Shown: positions 62,601-64,000 of the stretch, one piece after another
Layout of the letters: each line of letters starts with the position of its first letter
Position numbering within the stretch: position 1 is the first letter of the stretch
From: Asterias rubens
Taxonomy: Eukaryota
Direction: 5' to 3'
Length of the DNA: 64,000 nt
Assembly: GCF_902459465.1 (NCBI RefSeq)
Contig: NC_047065.1
Coordinates: forward strand, 16,864,001 to 16,928,000
Translations under genes and position numbers: made by a program
Notes under the pieces: generated by a model
What the model saw: the letters and a program-made list of their open reading frames with translations, nothing else
Database searches by the model: none
What the model was told of the DNA's origin: nothing

Positions 62601-63480
62601 GCTAATAATTATTTTGAGTAATTACCAATAGTGTCCACTCACTGCCTTTAAAAATCTAGTGGAACATCTGAAAGGGTCTATGTACTTTTCCTAACAAAAA
62701 CCACACAGTCCACAGATTTACATTAAACTACCACAGTTTGCTATGGTTTTGGTGTAATATCAAAACTGGTTTATGGGGTTTTACATGCTAAAATAATTTT
62801 CGTCTTTTTGAGACGAAAACTATTTTGTGACTTGTTTTACTCATTTCTCAAAAACTACACAACCTCAGTGAGTAATATTCGATGGGAAGCTTTCCTCTAT
62901 TATTATCTTCAAACCCTGTAAGTTTTATATAAATCTGTGGACATTGTGAAAAAGTACCCAAATCCTTTAAGGGGCACTCTGGCAATGATCAAGGGCGTGG
63001 CTCTAAAGGCATCATTGATACCCTTTTGTAATACCTTTGTTTGCAGTGGACATGAAAAAAAATACTAATTAGGGAATAACAGTGTTCGTACCCGGTCTTC
63101 ACTGCCTGGTAATGACCGGGTTGGTCTTCCTACCACCGTTAACACTTGCACACGTGACCGGGTTTTGACCAATCGGAGACTTGAAACCGTCCAAGGTATT
63201 TATTAATAAATAATAATAAGACTTGAATTGCGCACGTATCCACCCTGCTCAGTGTTCAAGGCGCAAAATTGACCAAAGTATAAAACTAGAAATTAGTTAA
63301 GCTCTCCATTTTGAAATCATTTGTTTTTGTAAACTACTTGGCTTTTGAAACAGTTCTGCACGGACGGCGTAAAAACTGCTCTTCAGGCTGAGAACTATGA
63401 GAAGGCAGCGGGGCATATTCACAGGTATCTGAGTCTGGATGAGAAGGTTCTTAAACAAGTCATAGATGATAATAAAGATG
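56700..63480 (+). CDS. COG4: Conserved oligomeric Golgi complex subunit 4, first 5 coding exons; continues beyond the window
   Basis: Exons 56700-56801 (..[19 protein letters not shown]), 60787-60869 (..[21 protein letters not shown]), 61252-61366 ([38 protein letters not shown]), 61509-61559 ([17 protein letters not shown]) and 63354-63480 ([29 protein letters not shown]..). Match human COG4 N-terminus as recalled. Confidence 0.95.
61617..61987. mobile_element. hAT-type MITE nested in a Kolobok-like MITE
   Basis: TIRs TAAGCTTGGACGATATC / GATATCGCCCAAGCTTA; near-perfect 8-bp TSD TCAAAGTC/TCAAAGAC; internal ATATCGCG repeats. Confidence 0.8.
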
Positions 63481-64000
63481 GTAAGTAAACCTGCTTCTCC
63501 ATTTTAGACAGATCTTTGACTTGCCTGGTGCATGTTTCCCTTCATTACCTTAATGGTGTCGTGACCGAGTGGATAAGAGCCCCGAACTCAAGCTCTGATG
63601 CTTCTGTTTAGCAGAGTGTGGGTTCGAATCCTGGTCGTGACACTTGTGTCCCTGAGCAAGACACTTAACTACAATTGCTTCTCTCCACCTAGGGGTGGAT
63701 GGGTACCTGTGAGGACAGAGATGGTTCTTGTGATTGGTTTAGCCGAGTAGCACATATATTGGGCACTGAGATGGTTTAAGGAATGATTTAAGGCCTTAAT
63801 GTCGGAAGTGCTTTGAGACACCCCTCGGGTGTGAAAAGCACTATATAAAATTATTATTATTATTATTAATGATCTGGCATTTTTTTAGAGGAATATCAAT
63901 TCCTACCTTCAGCTCCACTGAGTTTCTGCATTTCTATTTTTTCTTCCTTGTAGCCCTTTGCCTTGTTTTGGGCAAACTTGCAACTAAAAAAATCATAAAA

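Overview
This is animal (eukaryotic) genomic DNA: AT-rich, with spliceosomal GT-AG introns. The gene content and repeat style suggest an echinoderm, probably a sea star, but that is inference. No prokaryotic features or CRISPR arrays are present. Left to right: (1) the right arm of a CACTA/EnSpm-like DNA transposon carrying a spliced accessory gene and 32-bp subterminal repeats (1-6335); (2) a small cluster of C-type lectin genes (two complete, one truncated), each duplication unit carrying a 23-bp minisatellite; (3) TMEM208 (minus, 4 exons); (4) a complete SF3B3 gene (minus, 26 coding exons, 1216 aa from my exon count); (5) the first five exons of COG4 (plus), head-to-head with SF3B3 as in human. 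The strongest unexplained signal is an array of box C/D snoRNA-like elements, one per intron, across eight consecutive SF3B3 introns (2-9). Seven are paralogues with an invariant guide to a 28S rRNA segment just 5' of helix 69 plus a second conserved rRNA-complementary element; the eighth is SNORD32/51-like. Introns also contain many MITEs (Kolobok/T2-, hAT-, Harbinger-like), SINE fragments and a Penelope-like remnant with a hammerhead-like motif. All coordinates were read by hand and no database searches were run.
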